Positions 1 through 10,784 of a DNA stretch of 64,000 nt are shown piece after piece. This DNA comes from a virus (lineage: Duplodnaviria; Heunggongvirae; Uroviricota; Caudoviricetes), in IMG/VR virus record IMGVR_UViG_3300042868_009434; one strand, 5' to 3'. The first letter of the stretch is position 1, and the number at the start of each line of letters is the position of its first letter. The translations under genes and the position numbers were made by a program. A model generated the notes under the pieces. It searched no databases. It was not told the origin of the DNA and worked only from the letters and a program-made list of their open reading frames with translations.

Positions 1-911
1 TCATCATATTGACCACCACCTGTTTTACTACCAGGGAATGTTAATGAAGTGTTATTGTTTCCGTATTCAACAATACCTTTACCATATCTTTGAGTAACAA
101 CTCTAAATAAGTAAGGGTTATTTGTATTTGCTGAAGTTGTTGTGTTTGTATTAATACCTTTAATTGTCAAATCAGCTAAGAAAGATTCATTGTCCATTGG
201 TTGACCATCAGGACCGATTAATTTACCTGCTCCCGCAGATGCAAAACCTGACATAACAATTAATACTTTTCTATAATCAGATAATCCATATCCTGAAACA
301 ACTAATTGGTCTCCCTCCCACGCAACAGTCTGAACTTTAGTACCATTAGTACTTAAATGAGTAACCGCTGAGAATTGTCCTTTTGAATAGTCATATAAAC
401 CTGGTGGGTCTAAAGCTGGTTCATTACCTTCATAGAATCTATCGTAAAGGTCTTTAGTGTTGTTGTAGTCGTAACCACTTCCTGGTCCATCAGGTCCATC
501 AACTGCGTCGTCATATCCAGGTGCCCCATAAGGTTTACGGTGAATACCATTAGTAGTTGTTGAATTTTCAGTGTACGCTTGAATGTTAGGTACGAAGTAG
601 AATAATTTACCAATTGGTAAGTTCATTGCTTGTACAGAAACGATGTCGTTAGATAATAATTTAGAGAATACTCTTCTAACAATTGGGAAAACCACTGTTT
701 CAAATGCACCTGTATCAGATGTAGATGATGCTTCGTTAATTAAATACGATGCTTGGTTTTCATATAATTGTGCAACGTTTTCTCTCATGTGACCTTTAAG
801 ACCCTCTAAGAATCCTAATTTGTCCCATTTGTTGATTGTGTCTTCTTTGATAACTTTAAGGTGTTTCAACCCGATGTTACCAACTAATCCTGATTCTAAT
901 AATGCTCCCAT
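1..911 (-). CDS. Major capsid protein, T4 gp23-like; N-terminal ~303 aa, partial, C-terminus lies beyond window start
   Basis: Reverse translation from ATG at 911 gives MGALLESGL...NKWDKLGFLEGLKG...AQLYENQ...VRRVFSKLLSNDIVSVQAMNLPIGKLFY. This matches the T4 gp23 N-terminal region (LNKW..LLEGEGL...IFENQ...VRRAIPNLIAFDICGVQPMNSPTGQVFAL). The gene sits downstream of the scaffold gene in T4 order. Confidence 0.85.
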   Translation of the reverse strand, partial: MGALLESGLVGNIGLKHLKVIKEDTINKWDKLGFLEGLKGHMRENVAQLYENQASYLINEASSTSDTGAFETVVFPIVRRVFSKLLSNDIVSVQAMNLPIGKLFYFVPNIQAYTENSTTTNGIHRKPYGAPGYDDAVDGPDGPGSGYDYNNTKDLYDRFYEGNEPALDPPGLYDYSKGQFSAVTHLSTNGTKVQTVAWEGDQLVVSGYGLSDYRKVLIVMSGFASAGAGKLIGPDGQPMDNESFLADLTIKGINTNTTTSANTNNPYLFRVVTQRYGKGIVEYGNNNTSLTFPGSKTGGGQYD

Positions 912-935
912 TTTAAAATATTTTGTTTTTAATTT

Positions 936-951
936 TTTATTTATTTATTTT
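936..951 (-). promoter_or_regulatory. Late-promoter-like motif AATAAATAAATA about 25 nt upstream of the capsid gene start
   Basis: The minus strand reads aaaataaataaataaa, which resembles the T4 late promoter TATAAATA. Confidence 0.4.
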
Positions 952-953
952 GA

Positions 954-2534
954 TTACCCTAATTTACTCATTAAATCTTTCATTCTCATGAATTGCGGAT
1001 TTTCGTAAGTTTTTGATTCAATTAAAGTAGTCGATGAACCTGTAGATACTGTTTTTTGAATTCTGTTTTCTACTGATTCACTAAGTGATTTTTTAATTTC
1101 CGGTTTAGATAATTCACCTTTGATTGACTGATAAAGATTTTTAGATTCTTTTAAAGTTTCAACATCGTCAAATCTTCTTAAGATATTAATTTTCTCTTTT
1201 TTAGTAGTCGAATGTTCAGTAAACAATCTAGTTGCATATGCCAAGTTTGAATTGAAGATTGCAACTTCGTTAAGTTTTTCTCTGAAAACATTTAACGCTT
1301 TTCTGTATTCTTCATTTTTTTCTCTTAACATAGTCACCTCTTGAGTAGATTCTACTTTTACTCCATTTTTACCGTAAACATAATTTCTGTTATTAGTAAT
1401 CGCTTTTCTAAGTCCTCTACCTTCTTTGGAACCCATTCCGTATGTTCTAGCAGCTTCTTTTGTTTCTTCTTTTTCAAAAGCTTTTCTTTTTAAAGTATCA
1501 CCTTTTTTAGTAGTGTAATCTTCTTTACCTTTCATGGTTCTAGATTTTTCACCCTTATTCATTCCGTAATCACCTTCTTTTGTTTCTGCCTTTACAACTT
1601 TGGATTTTCCTTCCATATTTCCACCCTCTTTGTATTCGAATTTAGCTTTACCTGTACCTACAGATTTTGGACCTTCTTTTTTATTTTCATCGAATCCACC
1701 ACCGGCTTTACCTTTGTAAGTAAATTTAGGTCCTGAGCCAACTATACCTTTAGGTTTAACTGTTGATTTTCCTTCTCTCACAGCTCTTCTTGGGTTGTAA
1801 GACTCTCCTAAGTCCTCTCCGTCCTCTAAGTCCACCATGTCTTCACCGTCTTCTTCGTCGATAAATTTTTCTTCTTCATCGTCTTCAAATACAATTTCGA
1901 ACATAATTCCTTCAGAATCTTCAGAATCTTCGATATCGTCAACATCACCGTCAGCAAAAATTGCATCAATAACGTCATCAGTTGTTTGGTCATCCATTTC
2001 ACCTAATTCTTCAAAATTAAATTCCGTGTCATCCATTTCTTCATCCATATTATACTCATAGATATCGTCTTCAGATTCACCAAGTTTAACTAAATACTCT
2101 TCATCAGTATCATTATCAGTTAAGTGGATATCATCACCGTCTTTTTTTACAATGATTCCATCTTCTTCACCCATAGCTTTAAATACTTTCAAAATTTCTT
2201 CATCTGATGCACCTGTTAAGTCGATTGGACTTTCGTCTGAATCCATGTCCATATCAAAATCCATTTCAATGTCCATTTCATCTTCGTCTTCATTATCAGT
2301 ATCCATATCAAAATCCATTTCCTCTTCATCAGAGTCCATTTCATCATCCATGTCAACATCTAATTCAACCTCATCATCTTCTAAATCTTGTTCAGAAAGA
2401 GATTCTTTTACTAGCTGATTGATTTCTTCCTTCATAGTTGAAGCAAGTATTCCTTTTGCATTCTCGGCAATAGCTTCTTCAACTTGTCTCATTTGAATAA
2501 GCGCCTCTTGTACTAATTTGTTATTTTCTTGCAT
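954..2534 (-). CDS. Highly acidic low-complexity protein; putative prohead scaffold (gp22-like position)
   Basis: 526 aa with long D/E/M-rich repeats and a coiled-coil N-terminus. It lies between the prohead protease and the major capsid gene, as gp22 does in T4. Confidence 0.45.
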   Translation of the reverse strand: MQENNKLVQEALIQMRQVEEAIAENAKGILASTMKEEINQLVKESLSEQDLEDDEVELDVDMDDEMDSDEEEMDFDMDTDNEDEDEMDIEMDFDMDMDSDESPIDLTGASDEEILKVFKAMGEEDGIIVKKDGDDIHLTDNDTDEEYLVKLGESEDDIYEYNMDEEMDDTEFNFEELGEMDDQTTDDVIDAIFADGDVDDIEDSEDSEGIMFEIVFEDDEEEKFIDEEDGEDMVDLEDGEDLGESYNPRRAVREGKSTVKPKGIVGSGPKFTYKGKAGGGFDENKKEGPKSVGTGKAKFEYKEGGNMEGKSKVVKAETKEGDYGMNKGEKSRTMKGKEDYTTKKGDTLKRKAFEKEETKEAARTYGMGSKEGRGLRKAITNNRNYVYGKNGVKVESTQEVTMLREKNEEYRKALNVFREKLNEVAIFNSNLAYATRLFTEHSTTKKEKINILRRFDDVETLKESKNLYQSIKGELSKPEIKKSLSESVENRIQKTVSTGSSTTLIESKTYENPQFMRMKDLMSKLG

Positions 2535-2549
2535 GAAAAATTATTGTTA

Positions 2550-2567
2550 TTTTCATTATAAATATTA
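2550..2567 (-). promoter_or_regulatory. TATTTATAATGAAAA motif upstream of the scaffold gene
   Basis: The minus strand reads atatttataatgaaaa. The same motif recurs at 4099-4114. Confidence 0.35.
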
Positions 2568-2679
2568 CCAAAAGCAAAAAAAGTTTATTTTATCTAACTA
2601 TTAGACAAAATAAACCTTAATTAAGAGTAAAAAAAAAGTGGTCAAATATGACCACTTTTGTTAAATTGGATTAAAACAA

Positions 2680-2889
2680 TTATTGAATTACTTCATCAAT
2701 TTTACTTTCAGAGACTGAAGTGATTCTCCACTCATGTGAAAACCCCTCATATTTTTTTGTAACTTTGGCTTCAACATCTGTTACTGAATACCCTTCTACA
2801 AGTTTTTCTTCTCTAATTTTTTTAATTTTACCTGTTTTATCATCAGGTAAGTCATACTGAATTTTTGCTACGAAATACTTTTCTTCCAT
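2680..2889 (-). CDS. Hypothetical protein, 69 aa
   Basis: ORF in the morphogenesis operon with compact spacing. Confidence 0.4.
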   Translation of the reverse strand: MEEKYFVAKIQYDLPDDKTGKIKKIREEKLVEGYSVTDVEAKVTKKYEGFSHEWRITSVSESKIDEVIQ

Positions 2890-2897
2890 GTGTTTTT

Positions 2898-3614
2898 TTA
2901 TTTTCCTAAAAAGTCGTTTAATTTTTTCATTAAGTCAACTGACTTCTCTACATAATCGTCTTTTTGTTTATATTTTTTTTCTTCTTCAAGATTTTCTTCA
3001 TACTTGTCTCTATCATCAGCATTTGTAAACAAATACGCTCCCGGTGTTGATGGTGATGATACTAAGTCAAAACAAATTAATTCAAAATCATCTTGAACTT
3101 CATTCCTTTCACCAACTTTTTTAAGTGAACCAACCCCACGAGAAGAAATACCTAAAGTAACCCCTTGTCTCATTAAGTTTGCCGCTTGGTCTCCTTTGGT
3201 TGAAACAATTCCTCTTTCATGAAATCCCGGGGAAGTTAGCAATTTAAGTTTTCCCATTAATATGTTTCTGTCCCACCATACGTCAGTAATGATATGAGAT
3301 ACTCGGTCTAAATCAATTAAAGATGATTCAGGGTGATTTAACTCTGATGTTGATAACCCTTTTTCGATTGCAATTTTATAATTGTCGGCCTCTCTTTTTA
3401 ATATCCTTTCAGGATATGTTCTACCGTTTCTATTAGGTGTGTCATATTTTTGTAAAACAGCATAAAATTCAAATGGGTTTCTATAATCCATTTCTTTCGC
3501 CTCTTTTAAAACTTTTTCATTATGTTTGTCTTTTGGTGAAACCCAACCTGCGTCTGCCTCAACTAATATACCGTGTCCGGTTTCGGTTGCCTCTAATATT
3601 CTTAATTGTTTCAT
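2898..3614 (-). CDS. Prohead core protease, T4 gp21-like (S77 family), putative
   Basis: 238 aa positioned between the portal/core genes and the scaffold. The sequence HPESSLIDLDRVSH...GISSRGVGS resembles phage prohead serine protease segments. Confidence 0.55.
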   Translation of the reverse strand: MKQLRILEATETGHGILVEADAGWVSPKDKHNEKVLKEAKEMDYRNPFEFYAVLQKYDTPNRNGRTYPERILKREADNYKIAIEKGLSTSELNHPESSLIDLDRVSHIITDVWWDRNILMGKLKLLTSPGFHERGIVSTKGDQAANLMRQGVTLGISSRGVGSLKKVGERNEVQDDFELICFDLVSSPSTPGAYLFTNADDRDKYEENLEEEKKYKQKDDYVEKSVDLMKKLNDFLGK

Positions 3615-3651
3615 TAATTCTTTTTAAGATAAATATATCAATTATGATACT

Positions 3652-4092
3652 TTACAAGATAACCTCTTTTTTTGTGGTTGAAAATTCAAAATATTTGTTT
3701 GTTGTGATGTTATTATCATAGATAGATTGGACTATATTTTTTACGGAGTCTTTAATTTCTATGGATTTAAAATCTAATTCATTTGTCGTGTATAGATTTA
3801 TTTCTAAATTAAAGAATGATTTTTTACCGTGAGATATTCCACTGGTCCTTAAATCTAAATCCACAATACTTTTATTTTGGAATAAATTGGTGTTAATGGA
3901 TTTATAAACAGAATGTTTAATTTCTCGACTTAAATTGGAAACAACTCGATTCCAATTATCGTATTCTTCTTTTGGGGTCACCCATGATTGAATGTTTATG
4001 TAAACTGATTTTAAGTTTTTTGAATCTACGGTACCATAGACCGATTTAATTGGATTGTATAAATTTAATTTTACACTTTTTCCTTTTTTCAT
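3652..4092 (-). CDS. Hypothetical protein; possible prohead core protein (gp67/68 position)
   Basis: 146 aa ORF between the portal and the prohead protease. Confidence 0.4.
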   Translation of the reverse strand: MKKGKSVKLNLYNPIKSVYGTVDSKNLKSVYINIQSWVTPKEEYDNWNRVVSNLSREIKHSVYKSINTNLFQNKSIVDLDLRTSGISHGKKSFFNLEINLYTTNELDFKSIEIKDSVKNIVQSIYDNNITTNKYFEFSTTKKEVIL

Positions 4093-4097
4093 TAATG

Positions 4098-4115
4098 TTT
4101 TTCATTATAAATGTT
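4098..4115 (-). promoter_or_regulatory. TATTTATAATGAAAA motif immediately upstream of the 3652-4092 gene
   Basis: The minus strand reads acatttataatgaaaaacattaATG. Confidence 0.35.
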
Positions 4116-4228
4116 TATTGGTTATAATAAAAATATAATTGAAATTATTGTGTATGTCAAAAAAAAAAAAGTGTTTTTACCGTTTAAATTGCAAAAACAC
4201 TTATTGAATTATAATGTAATATGTTAAA

Positions 4229-4927
4229 TTAAATAGATTCTTCTAAATTTTTAAGTTTTAAAAAATTCATTTGGTCAAACTTTTCATCTTTCAATCTATC
4301 GATAGTTTCAGAAATTTTTGTTTTTATTTCAGACTCTTGTTCAGTATCTAACATCCCTTTAAGTTTTGTGATTGTATTCTCACGTAAAGTCTCAAATTTA
4401 GTTTCAAGAGTTTTAGTGTCTTCAGATATTAATTGAAAAAATTCTTTTTTAGAGTTTTCATCTAAGTTTTCAATATATCCTCTTAATGTTTGGTTAGCAA
4501 TACTAACCATCGATTTAATTGGAATATTAATAGATTCTTTAACCGTTTCTTTTTTAGTTGTTAAAACTTTAATTATGTTCTTCTTAGCATTTACTCTTTC
4601 AAGTAAATTTAATTTGTTTGAATACGCCAATACATCTAAATCAGAATAATTATTTTTAATTGTTTCTGATAAACTTTTTGGTGATTTTATTGTTGGTAAA
4701 ATCTTATGTAATAAACTAATCCCTTCTTCTAAAAATTCTTTAGCATCCTGTTCAGATAAACCTTGAGGCGTACTTAATTGGTCATATAAAGCATAAGCCT
4801 TTGACATAGATTTATTGTTCAGAACATTATGTTTGAACTCTCTTAAAGATTTTTTGAAATCTTTCTCGTCACTATATGACTCAAGTAGATTTTTTTCGAT
4901 TATGGATTTTAGGTTTCCGAAGGTCAT
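4229..4927 (-). CDS. Hypothetical coiled-coil protein; possible prohead core or scaffold-associated protein
   Basis: 232 aa, K/E-rich and helical, located between the portal and the protease. Confidence 0.4.
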   Translation of the reverse strand: MTFGNLKSIIEKNLLESYSDEKDFKKSLREFKHNVLNNKSMSKAYALYDQLSTPQGLSEQDAKEFLEEGISLLHKILPTIKSPKSLSETIKNNYSDLDVLAYSNKLNLLERVNAKKNIIKVLTTKKETVKESINIPIKSMVSIANQTLRGYIENLDENSKKEFFQLISEDTKTLETKFETLRENTITKLKGMLDTEQESEIKTKISETIDRLKDEKFDQMNFLKLKNLEESI

Positions 4928-4952
4928 TACGCTTAATTTTATTAAATAAATA

Positions 4953-6815
4953 TTAGGAATTTAGTAACTTATCCAATTCTTTTGAAATTTCTCCTAAAGA
5001 ATCTTGACCATGACCTAAATTAATCATTTGAGCACCATCAATTAGGTTATTTTCAACTAACATATTTAAGTTATTCATTCGTGATTCCGGAGTTATTTCA
5101 GCCTCACCTCCCGCCGGTGGTGGTGCAACAGTTTCCTCACCCGCTGGCGGTAATTCTTCTCCTCCACCTAAATCAGCGGTTTCAAATCCACCTCCTCCAA
5201 ATGATGTCTCCGGTTCTGATGTTTCAGTCGCAGTTGCAGACGCGGTTCCTCCTGAAGTATTACCATAAAGTTTATCAATATTATCAAATAAACCTGTTTT
5301 AGTTATAACAGTCGCAGTTGCTTTAAGTTCTTCACCAACAGCTCTTTCAATTCTTTGTTGTTGTAAATCTAAACGAACCTCTTCGTCAGACCATCCAAAT
5401 ATGTGTTTCTTAGCCCATGTTGATGATGTTGCTTGAATACCATTTCCTGGGTCGGAAACTAAATCTTTGTATAATAAAACTTTTTCTTTCCAAACATCAA
5501 TTTTTAATAAATCTGCCTGTGTTGAAGGGTTTGATAAACCTAATGTAAAATTATCTAATTCATCTTCGAATCCAAGTAAAAATAAATGTACAATTGCAAT
5601 TTTATTTAATTCCGCAACCATACTTTTTTGAATTCTATTGATAGTTCTTGCAAAACGAATATCTTGTAATGATAAATTTTTACCATCTCCAACTACTTCT
5701 TCAAATCCTAAGAACGCCTTAGGAACACGAAGAGCGGTTAATAATTTCTTTTGGATGTATTCAATATCCGCAATCTCTGAAAGGTTTGTTGCTCCCGGTA
5801 ATGTTGTGATAGGGTCCGGTGCTGATGGGTCTCTAACAGGAATGAAATAATCTTGGTCAACCGCCATTTGATTAAACCTCATATCTACGTTACCTGTTTT
5901 ATTATCAACTACTTGTTCTCTTTTGAATTTGTTCGCAACACGTTGTACATACGCCTCAACATCATCATCGTTCATATTACCTACGAATACTTTAAACATT
6001 CTTCTCTCAGGTGCTCTTGATGTACGATAAATCAACATCGCATCCTCAGATAATAATAATTGTTTCCAAATACGTCTTGCTTTTTCTAACATAGACGTAC
6101 CATAAGGAAGTTTTCGGTCGTCCCCTAATAATCTAAAGTGACCAATCTCCCATGATTGAAATTCCATGTTTTTATTCTTCCAAGTAAAATGAAGTGATTT
6201 TTTATCTTTATCCATTTCCTTAGTAATATCTGTTGAGATTTTTGCACTAACACCTACTTCATGACGTTCAATTTCAATGGTAGGTAATTGTTGTACACCA
6301 ACAATACCCTTTTCAGGGTCTAATTTTAAATAAATAAAGTTATCACCATACTTACAAGTGTTTCTTGTCCACATTGGTAAGTTAGTGTTAATATCAAGTG
6401 AGTTATTAAATAAATCTGCTAATACTCCTTTTATTCTTTTTGATTCAGAATAAATTTGTAAAATAAAACCATCTTCATTTGTTGTTGTTGATTCTTCTGC
6501 GTAGATATCTAACGCAGCTGAAATCTCAGGAGTATACTCCATTGACTCGTAATCATATTGTGCGGATAATCTGGATGGTTCGTAATAGATTGCTTGTGAA
6601 TATAAATTATTCTCAACTTTCGCCCATTGGTTTGTTAAGTAAAAGGTTTGTTGTGCCTGTAACTTCTCTTTTTCGTATTCTTCCTTACTTTTGGTACGTA
6701 ATAATTCCTTCTTATCAAACTTAAATGTTGGATAATCTTGGTTTAATAGAGAATTTGGTCCAAATGTTTGGGACAATCTCTGCCATACCGTCATATTATT
6801 TTGTTGTTCACTCAT
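4953..6815 (-). CDS. Portal vertex protein, gp20-like
   Basis: 620 aa, immediately downstream of the large terminase in the same orientation. Size and position fit T4 gp20. Confidence 0.6.
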   Translation of the reverse strand: MSEQQNNMTVWQRLSQTFGPNSLLNQDYPTFKFDKKELLRTKSKEEYEKEKLQAQQTFYLTNQWAKVENNLYSQAIYYEPSRLSAQYDYESMEYTPEISAALDIYAEESTTTNEDGFILQIYSESKRIKGVLADLFNNSLDINTNLPMWTRNTCKYGDNFIYLKLDPEKGIVGVQQLPTIEIERHEVGVSAKISTDITKEMDKDKKSLHFTWKNKNMEFQSWEIGHFRLLGDDRKLPYGTSMLEKARRIWKQLLLSEDAMLIYRTSRAPERRMFKVFVGNMNDDDVEAYVQRVANKFKREQVVDNKTGNVDMRFNQMAVDQDYFIPVRDPSAPDPITTLPGATNLSEIADIEYIQKKLLTALRVPKAFLGFEEVVGDGKNLSLQDIRFARTINRIQKSMVAELNKIAIVHLFLLGFEDELDNFTLGLSNPSTQADLLKIDVWKEKVLLYKDLVSDPGNGIQATSSTWAKKHIFGWSDEEVRLDLQQQRIERAVGEELKATATVITKTGLFDNIDKLYGNTSGGTASATATETSEPETSFGGGGFETADLGGGEELPPAGEETVAPPPAGGEAEITPESRMNNLNMLVENNLIDGAQMINLGHGQDSLGEISKELDKLLNS

Positions 6816-6854
6816 GATATAAATTTACTTGTTTCCTCAGTAATATAAATAGTA

Positions 6855-8615
6855 TTACCCACCAAATAACCACCCATACTTTTGGTAATCTTCTCTAGTC
6901 GCCCCTTGGTTTATTGGATTTTGTCTACCCATTTGAGGTACCATTGGATTAAAAAACTCAGACGCGTTTTTATTTTCATTTACCGCAGTAGACCAAGAAT
7001 TTAACATTGCTCTGGTATGGTTGGTAACTTTTTCTAATGATTGGAATGATTTTTCTGCAACATATATTGCCATTGCAATACTCATAATACAGTCGTCATG
7101 ATGCATCTTTTGATGGTCAGGTCGTCCATTAATGTAAACAAACGTATTCATTTCGTTATAAAGACGACTTGAATAAATTCTAAACTTATGTCTCATCGCT
7201 TCTTCAAACGCAGCAATAATCTGAACTCTTTTTGAATTAAAGTTAATTCCCGGAATTTTTTCATTTATTTTTGGGTCATACTTCCACTTATTGGTTGTAT
7301 CAACACCATCAACATATAATCCACCCTGATAATTCATTTCTTGTAATTTTCTTGCGGTTGAAACTCCCATACCACCAGTAATATCCACAACACAATAAGC
7401 ATTATACATAGTACCCCACTTATATGCAATCTCCGCTAAAATGTCCGGAGGGACTTTTCCAACATATTCTAACACCTGTTCTCTAGTATCAAAATCAATA
7501 ATCTCAACACTTGAAAAATCTTCGGAATCCCCACGAGATACATCACAACCCATAACATATTTGTGTTCATTTACAGGTTCTTTCCATATCCATAAACCAC
7601 CACCCATCATTTTAGCCATTGGTTCTTTAACTTGATTTTTGGCAATGTCTTGCATCAAATCAGAATCAAATACGTTATCTCCGGAACCTAAGAAGTTACA
7701 TTCTAACTCTTGAGCAACCTTACGTCTATCATATTTCAATTTTTTTACCATTCCTTCAAACCAGGCAGAACATGGTTTGTATCCATCTTCAATATATTTG
7801 GTTACAATTGAATGGTCTCTCTCAAATGGATTGGACATTGATAAGTCAATAATAACATCATCAAGGTTATATTCTTCTCTATTTAATAAAAAGTGAACTA
7901 AATCGTGTGTTTTAACCATATACAAATCTTTTGTATATCGAGGGTCACGGTACCAAAACATTTCAGAAATTTTGAAGTCATTCATATTTCTAAGTGACTG
8001 GTCATAAATTTCATAATAAATTGCGTCATAACCATTTGGTGTGGAAACTACAATTACTTTACCCCCCGTAGATAGGGATGCCATACACGCTGACCAAAAA
8101 TCTCCGTCAGCCTCGATAAACGCCGCCTCATCAAAGATAAGAATGGTTGGGGTATAACCCCTCAATGCATCTCGAGAAGTTGCAACTGCCTTAACCTCAC
8201 ACCCATTTGTTAGTTTGAAATGTCGTTGTGCATTTTTTTCATTAGAAAAACCGACACCAACCCAACTAGGCCATTGTTCGGTAAAACTTCTAATCTTATT
8301 TGCCATCTCCATGGACGTATCCAATTTATTGGCAATGATTAGAATTTTTTCAGGCTTAGTTTTTTTTGCAAATACAAGTTTTTTGGACGCCCAAGCTGCT
8401 GTCACAGTAGATACACCTGCCTGTCTGTACTTAAGGGCAATATTCTCATTATATTTGTCGTAATCCTCAATCAAGGATACTTGGTCGGGGAATAAATCTA
8501 ACGGTACGTATTTTGATACCGTATTATCGTATGTCTGTAAATAAGTACGAAGTGCGTAGGGTGTATTCCTCATGCACTTCGTTATCTCAATTATTAATTG
8601 TTCTTTATTATTCAA
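6855..8615 (-). CDS. Terminase large subunit, gp17-like
   Basis: A Walker A-like segment YRQAGVSTVTAAW and a Walker B segment TILIFDEAAF are present. The C-terminal RNase-H-like nuclease motif MGCDVSRGDSEDFS is present. The ORF-track start is TTG; the first ATG is at codon 15. Confidence 0.85.
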   Translation of the reverse strand: MNNKEQLIIEITKCMRNTPYALRTYLQTYDNTVSKYVPLDLFPDQVSLIEDYDKYNENIALKYRQAGVSTVTAAWASKKLVFAKKTKPEKILIIANKLDTSMEMANKIRSFTEQWPSWVGVGFSNEKNAQRHFKLTNGCEVKAVATSRDALRGYTPTILIFDEAAFIEADGDFWSACMASLSTGGKVIVVSTPNGYDAIYYEIYDQSLRNMNDFKISEMFWYRDPRYTKDLYMVKTHDLVHFLLNREEYNLDDVIIDLSMSNPFERDHSIVTKYIEDGYKPCSAWFEGMVKKLKYDRRKVAQELECNFLGSGDNVFDSDLMQDIAKNQVKEPMAKMMGGGLWIWKEPVNEHKYVMGCDVSRGDSEDFSSVEIIDFDTREQVLEYVGKVPPDILAEIAYKWGTMYNAYCVVDITGGMGVSTARKLQEMNYQGGLYVDGVDTTNKWKYDPKINEKIPGINFNSKRVQIIAAFEEAMRHKFRIYSSRLYNEMNTFVYINGRPDHQKMHHDDCIMSIAMAIYVAEKSFQSLEKVTNHTRAMLNSWSTAVNENKNASEFFNPMVPQMGRQNPINQGATREDYQKYGWLFGG

Positions 8616-8628
8616 AAGTCATTTTTGG

Positions 8629-9927
8629 TTATTTAGGTCTCGATATACCCAAACTACCCAAGAAATCATCTAATCCGTCGTCTTCGTCTTCATCAGAATC
8701 AATCCCTTCTTCTTCTTTGTAATCTTCAAACTCCTCTTTCATTTTGATAGCCTCTCTCATAATTTCATCAAATTTTGAGGTTGCTTTCGCCACTTTTGAA
8801 GAATCTTCAGAGATTGCGTTTCCGATAATTTCTAAAAACTCTTGGGCTTCAATTTGGTATAACAAAGTATGAAACCAGTTTATCAAACCTTTGTTCTCAG
8901 GTTCGTACATTTTATCAGGTAATGCAAACCTTATTCTTTCCACGATTTCCGGACCTATTCTCAACTGCATTGGTTCATTACTTAATGTATCAGTTTGTCC
9001 CATAACTCGTTGAGCCATCTCAGGGTCTTTAGGTAATCCGTGTCTACCTTTCGCCTCTTCTAATCCTTTGATTATTTCATGACATAAAATTGGGAAGATT
9101 AAACCAAACGCTTTTATCACTGTGTCCGGAGTTTCTTCTCCTTCTTCTCCTTCTTCACCCTCTTCGTCATTATCATCTAATTCAACTTTTCCCGCAATTC
9201 CTTGACCTGTTTGACTCATCATTTCAATCATTTGTTCCATACTAAAGTATAAGAAATCATTAATTGCCATAATACCTAAGTAATCACCATAAAGAGATGG
9301 GTCAATTTCGTCAAGTCTTGCTTTAATATCCGGTTTTTGAAAAATATAATGACCTTTTTTCGCAGCACCCTGAATAATTGCATTAATTATGTTTCTTTTA
9401 TGTTTTTCTAATTCAAAAATTTCGTCCTCAGTTAAATCCTCAATATCAAAAGACGGAATTTCCATTTCTTCTTCCTCATCTTCTTCCTCTTCATCATCCT
9501 CTTCTTCAGGTTTCATTCTAAAGTTAGACGTATCAATCGGTTCTCTATTTAAATAAGCTTCAATTTTATACCAATCAACAGGTACTTCAGATTCCTCTAA
9601 CGCCGCCTCAATTGCTAATTCTTCAAGTTCATCCCTATGTGCCGCCTCAATTCTCATGATGTTAGGTAATTTTCTCATCATCTCTTGGTATATCATACCT
9701 TGAGTTTGTTGAGAACTTAAATTTTGAATACCTGTAACATCACTTAATTTTTCAGCAACTTTTTGAAATCGATTACTAACTAATCTTTGAACGTCACCCT
9801 CTTTCTTTTTCATTGCGGGATTCTGAGCATATAAACTTTCAGGACTTGCAAGTTTTCTTTCCAAATTTGGGTCCATTCTTTCAGGTCTATCCCCGTAATC
9901 TAATTGTTCTTTAATTTTCTTTGCCAT
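8629..9927 (-). CDS. Hypothetical acidic protein, 432 aa; small-terminase position but atypical size
   Basis: ORF directly upstream of the large terminase gene with poly-E/D tracts. Confidence 0.45.
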   Translation of the reverse strand: MAKKIKEQLDYGDRPERMDPNLERKLASPESLYAQNPAMKKKEGDVQRLVSNRFQKVAEKLSDVTGIQNLSSQQTQGMIYQEMMRKLPNIMRIEAAHRDELEELAIEAALEESEVPVDWYKIEAYLNREPIDTSNFRMKPEEEDDEEEEDEEEEMEIPSFDIEDLTEDEIFELEKHKRNIINAIIQGAAKKGHYIFQKPDIKARLDEIDPSLYGDYLGIMAINDFLYFSMEQMIEMMSQTGQGIAGKVELDDNDEEGEEGEEGEETPDTVIKAFGLIFPILCHEIIKGLEEAKGRHGLPKDPEMAQRVMGQTDTLSNEPMQLRIGPEIVERIRFALPDKMYEPENKGLINWFHTLLYQIEAQEFLEIIGNAISEDSSKVAKATSKFDEIMREAIKMKEEFEDYKEEEGIDSDEDEDDGLDDFLGSLGISRPK

Positions 9928-9929
9928 TA

Positions 9930-10784
9930 TTATTTTTCTAAGATTTGCATGATTACATCCATAATTTTGTCTTTAGCCTCTTCCGGTGAAGGTTTTTTAG
10001 CCTTTGGTGCCGGATTAGTTCCCGGATTTGGGTTCTTACCAGGATGACTTGGTCTTGTACCAGGTTTTGTTGTCGGTTTTGTTCTCGTCGGTGCGGTCTC
10101 AGTACCTGCCTCGTTTAAATAATTCATAAGCTCCTTTTTAGTTATTTTTGGTGGCAAATTTCTTTCCACAATTTTAATAATTTCATTCTCAAGGAACAAA
10201 GATACGGGATTTTTTTGTTCTTTCAAAGATTTTTTTACATCCTTAACGCATCTCTCATATTTATTATTTTCTTTAGCACTCCATAAGTGTCTTTCTCTAG
10301 TACCAAACTCTTTACCTAACTGAGATGTACAAATTGCCCATGGATTATTTTCATCTTTTTTTGATTTCTTTTTTTCTTCAGACATACCAATCATTTTACT
10401 ATCGTGATTTTCCGGTGATGTATCATCATCCATACCATCATCTGATGCTTGGTACTCATCGTGAGAACCTTGTTGACCAGTATATGCTTGGTCCGCGTCT
10501 AAATTAAAATCATCATCTTCAGACATTTCACCTTCCGTAGCAGTTACCATAACTTCTTTAGTGCTCGGGTCTTGTGTAATATTTAAATTACCAACCTTAC
10601 CACCTGCTGGTCCTACTTTATATGTTTTTTTACCGGGTACCTCAGTAACTTGTTCACTAGCAAGTTTACTATGTAATACATTGATTTGAGATTCTGTTAA
10701 TTTCCCAACAGTTTTAGAGGATAACCCCTTTTCGATAAGTTCTAATGCTTTAATATTAATTTTCATAAATAACTTTCTTTTCAA
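9930..10784 (-). CDS. Hypothetical protein with a Pro/Thr/Lys-rich N-terminal segment
   Basis: 284 aa ORF with 3-nt spacing to the next gene. Confidence 0.45.
   Translation of the reverse strand: MKRKLFMKINIKALELIEKGLSSKTVGKLTESQINVLHSKLASEQVTEVPGKKTYKVGPAGGKVGNLNITQDPSTKEVMVTATEGEMSEDDDFNLDADQAYTGQQGSHDEYQASDDGMDDDTSPENHDSKMIGMSEEKKKSKKDENNPWAICTSQLGKEFGTRERHLWSAKENNKYERCVKDVKKSLKEQKNPVSLFLENEIIKIVERNLPPKITKKELMNYLNEAGTETAPTRTKPTTKPGTRPSHPGKNPNPGTNPAPKAKKPSPEEAKDKIMDVIMQILEK

Noticed and set aside
410-1008. ORFs 410-613 (-) and 820-1008 (+) inside the capsid gene region
   Set aside because: Both lie within or antisense to the convincingly gp23-like reading frame (1-911, minus); alternative-frame artefacts.
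1837-2422. Ser-rich plus-strand ORFs (1837-2061, 2152-2418, 2207-2422)
   Set aside because: Antisense translations of the GA-rich acidic repeat region of the scaffold gene; low-complexity artefacts.
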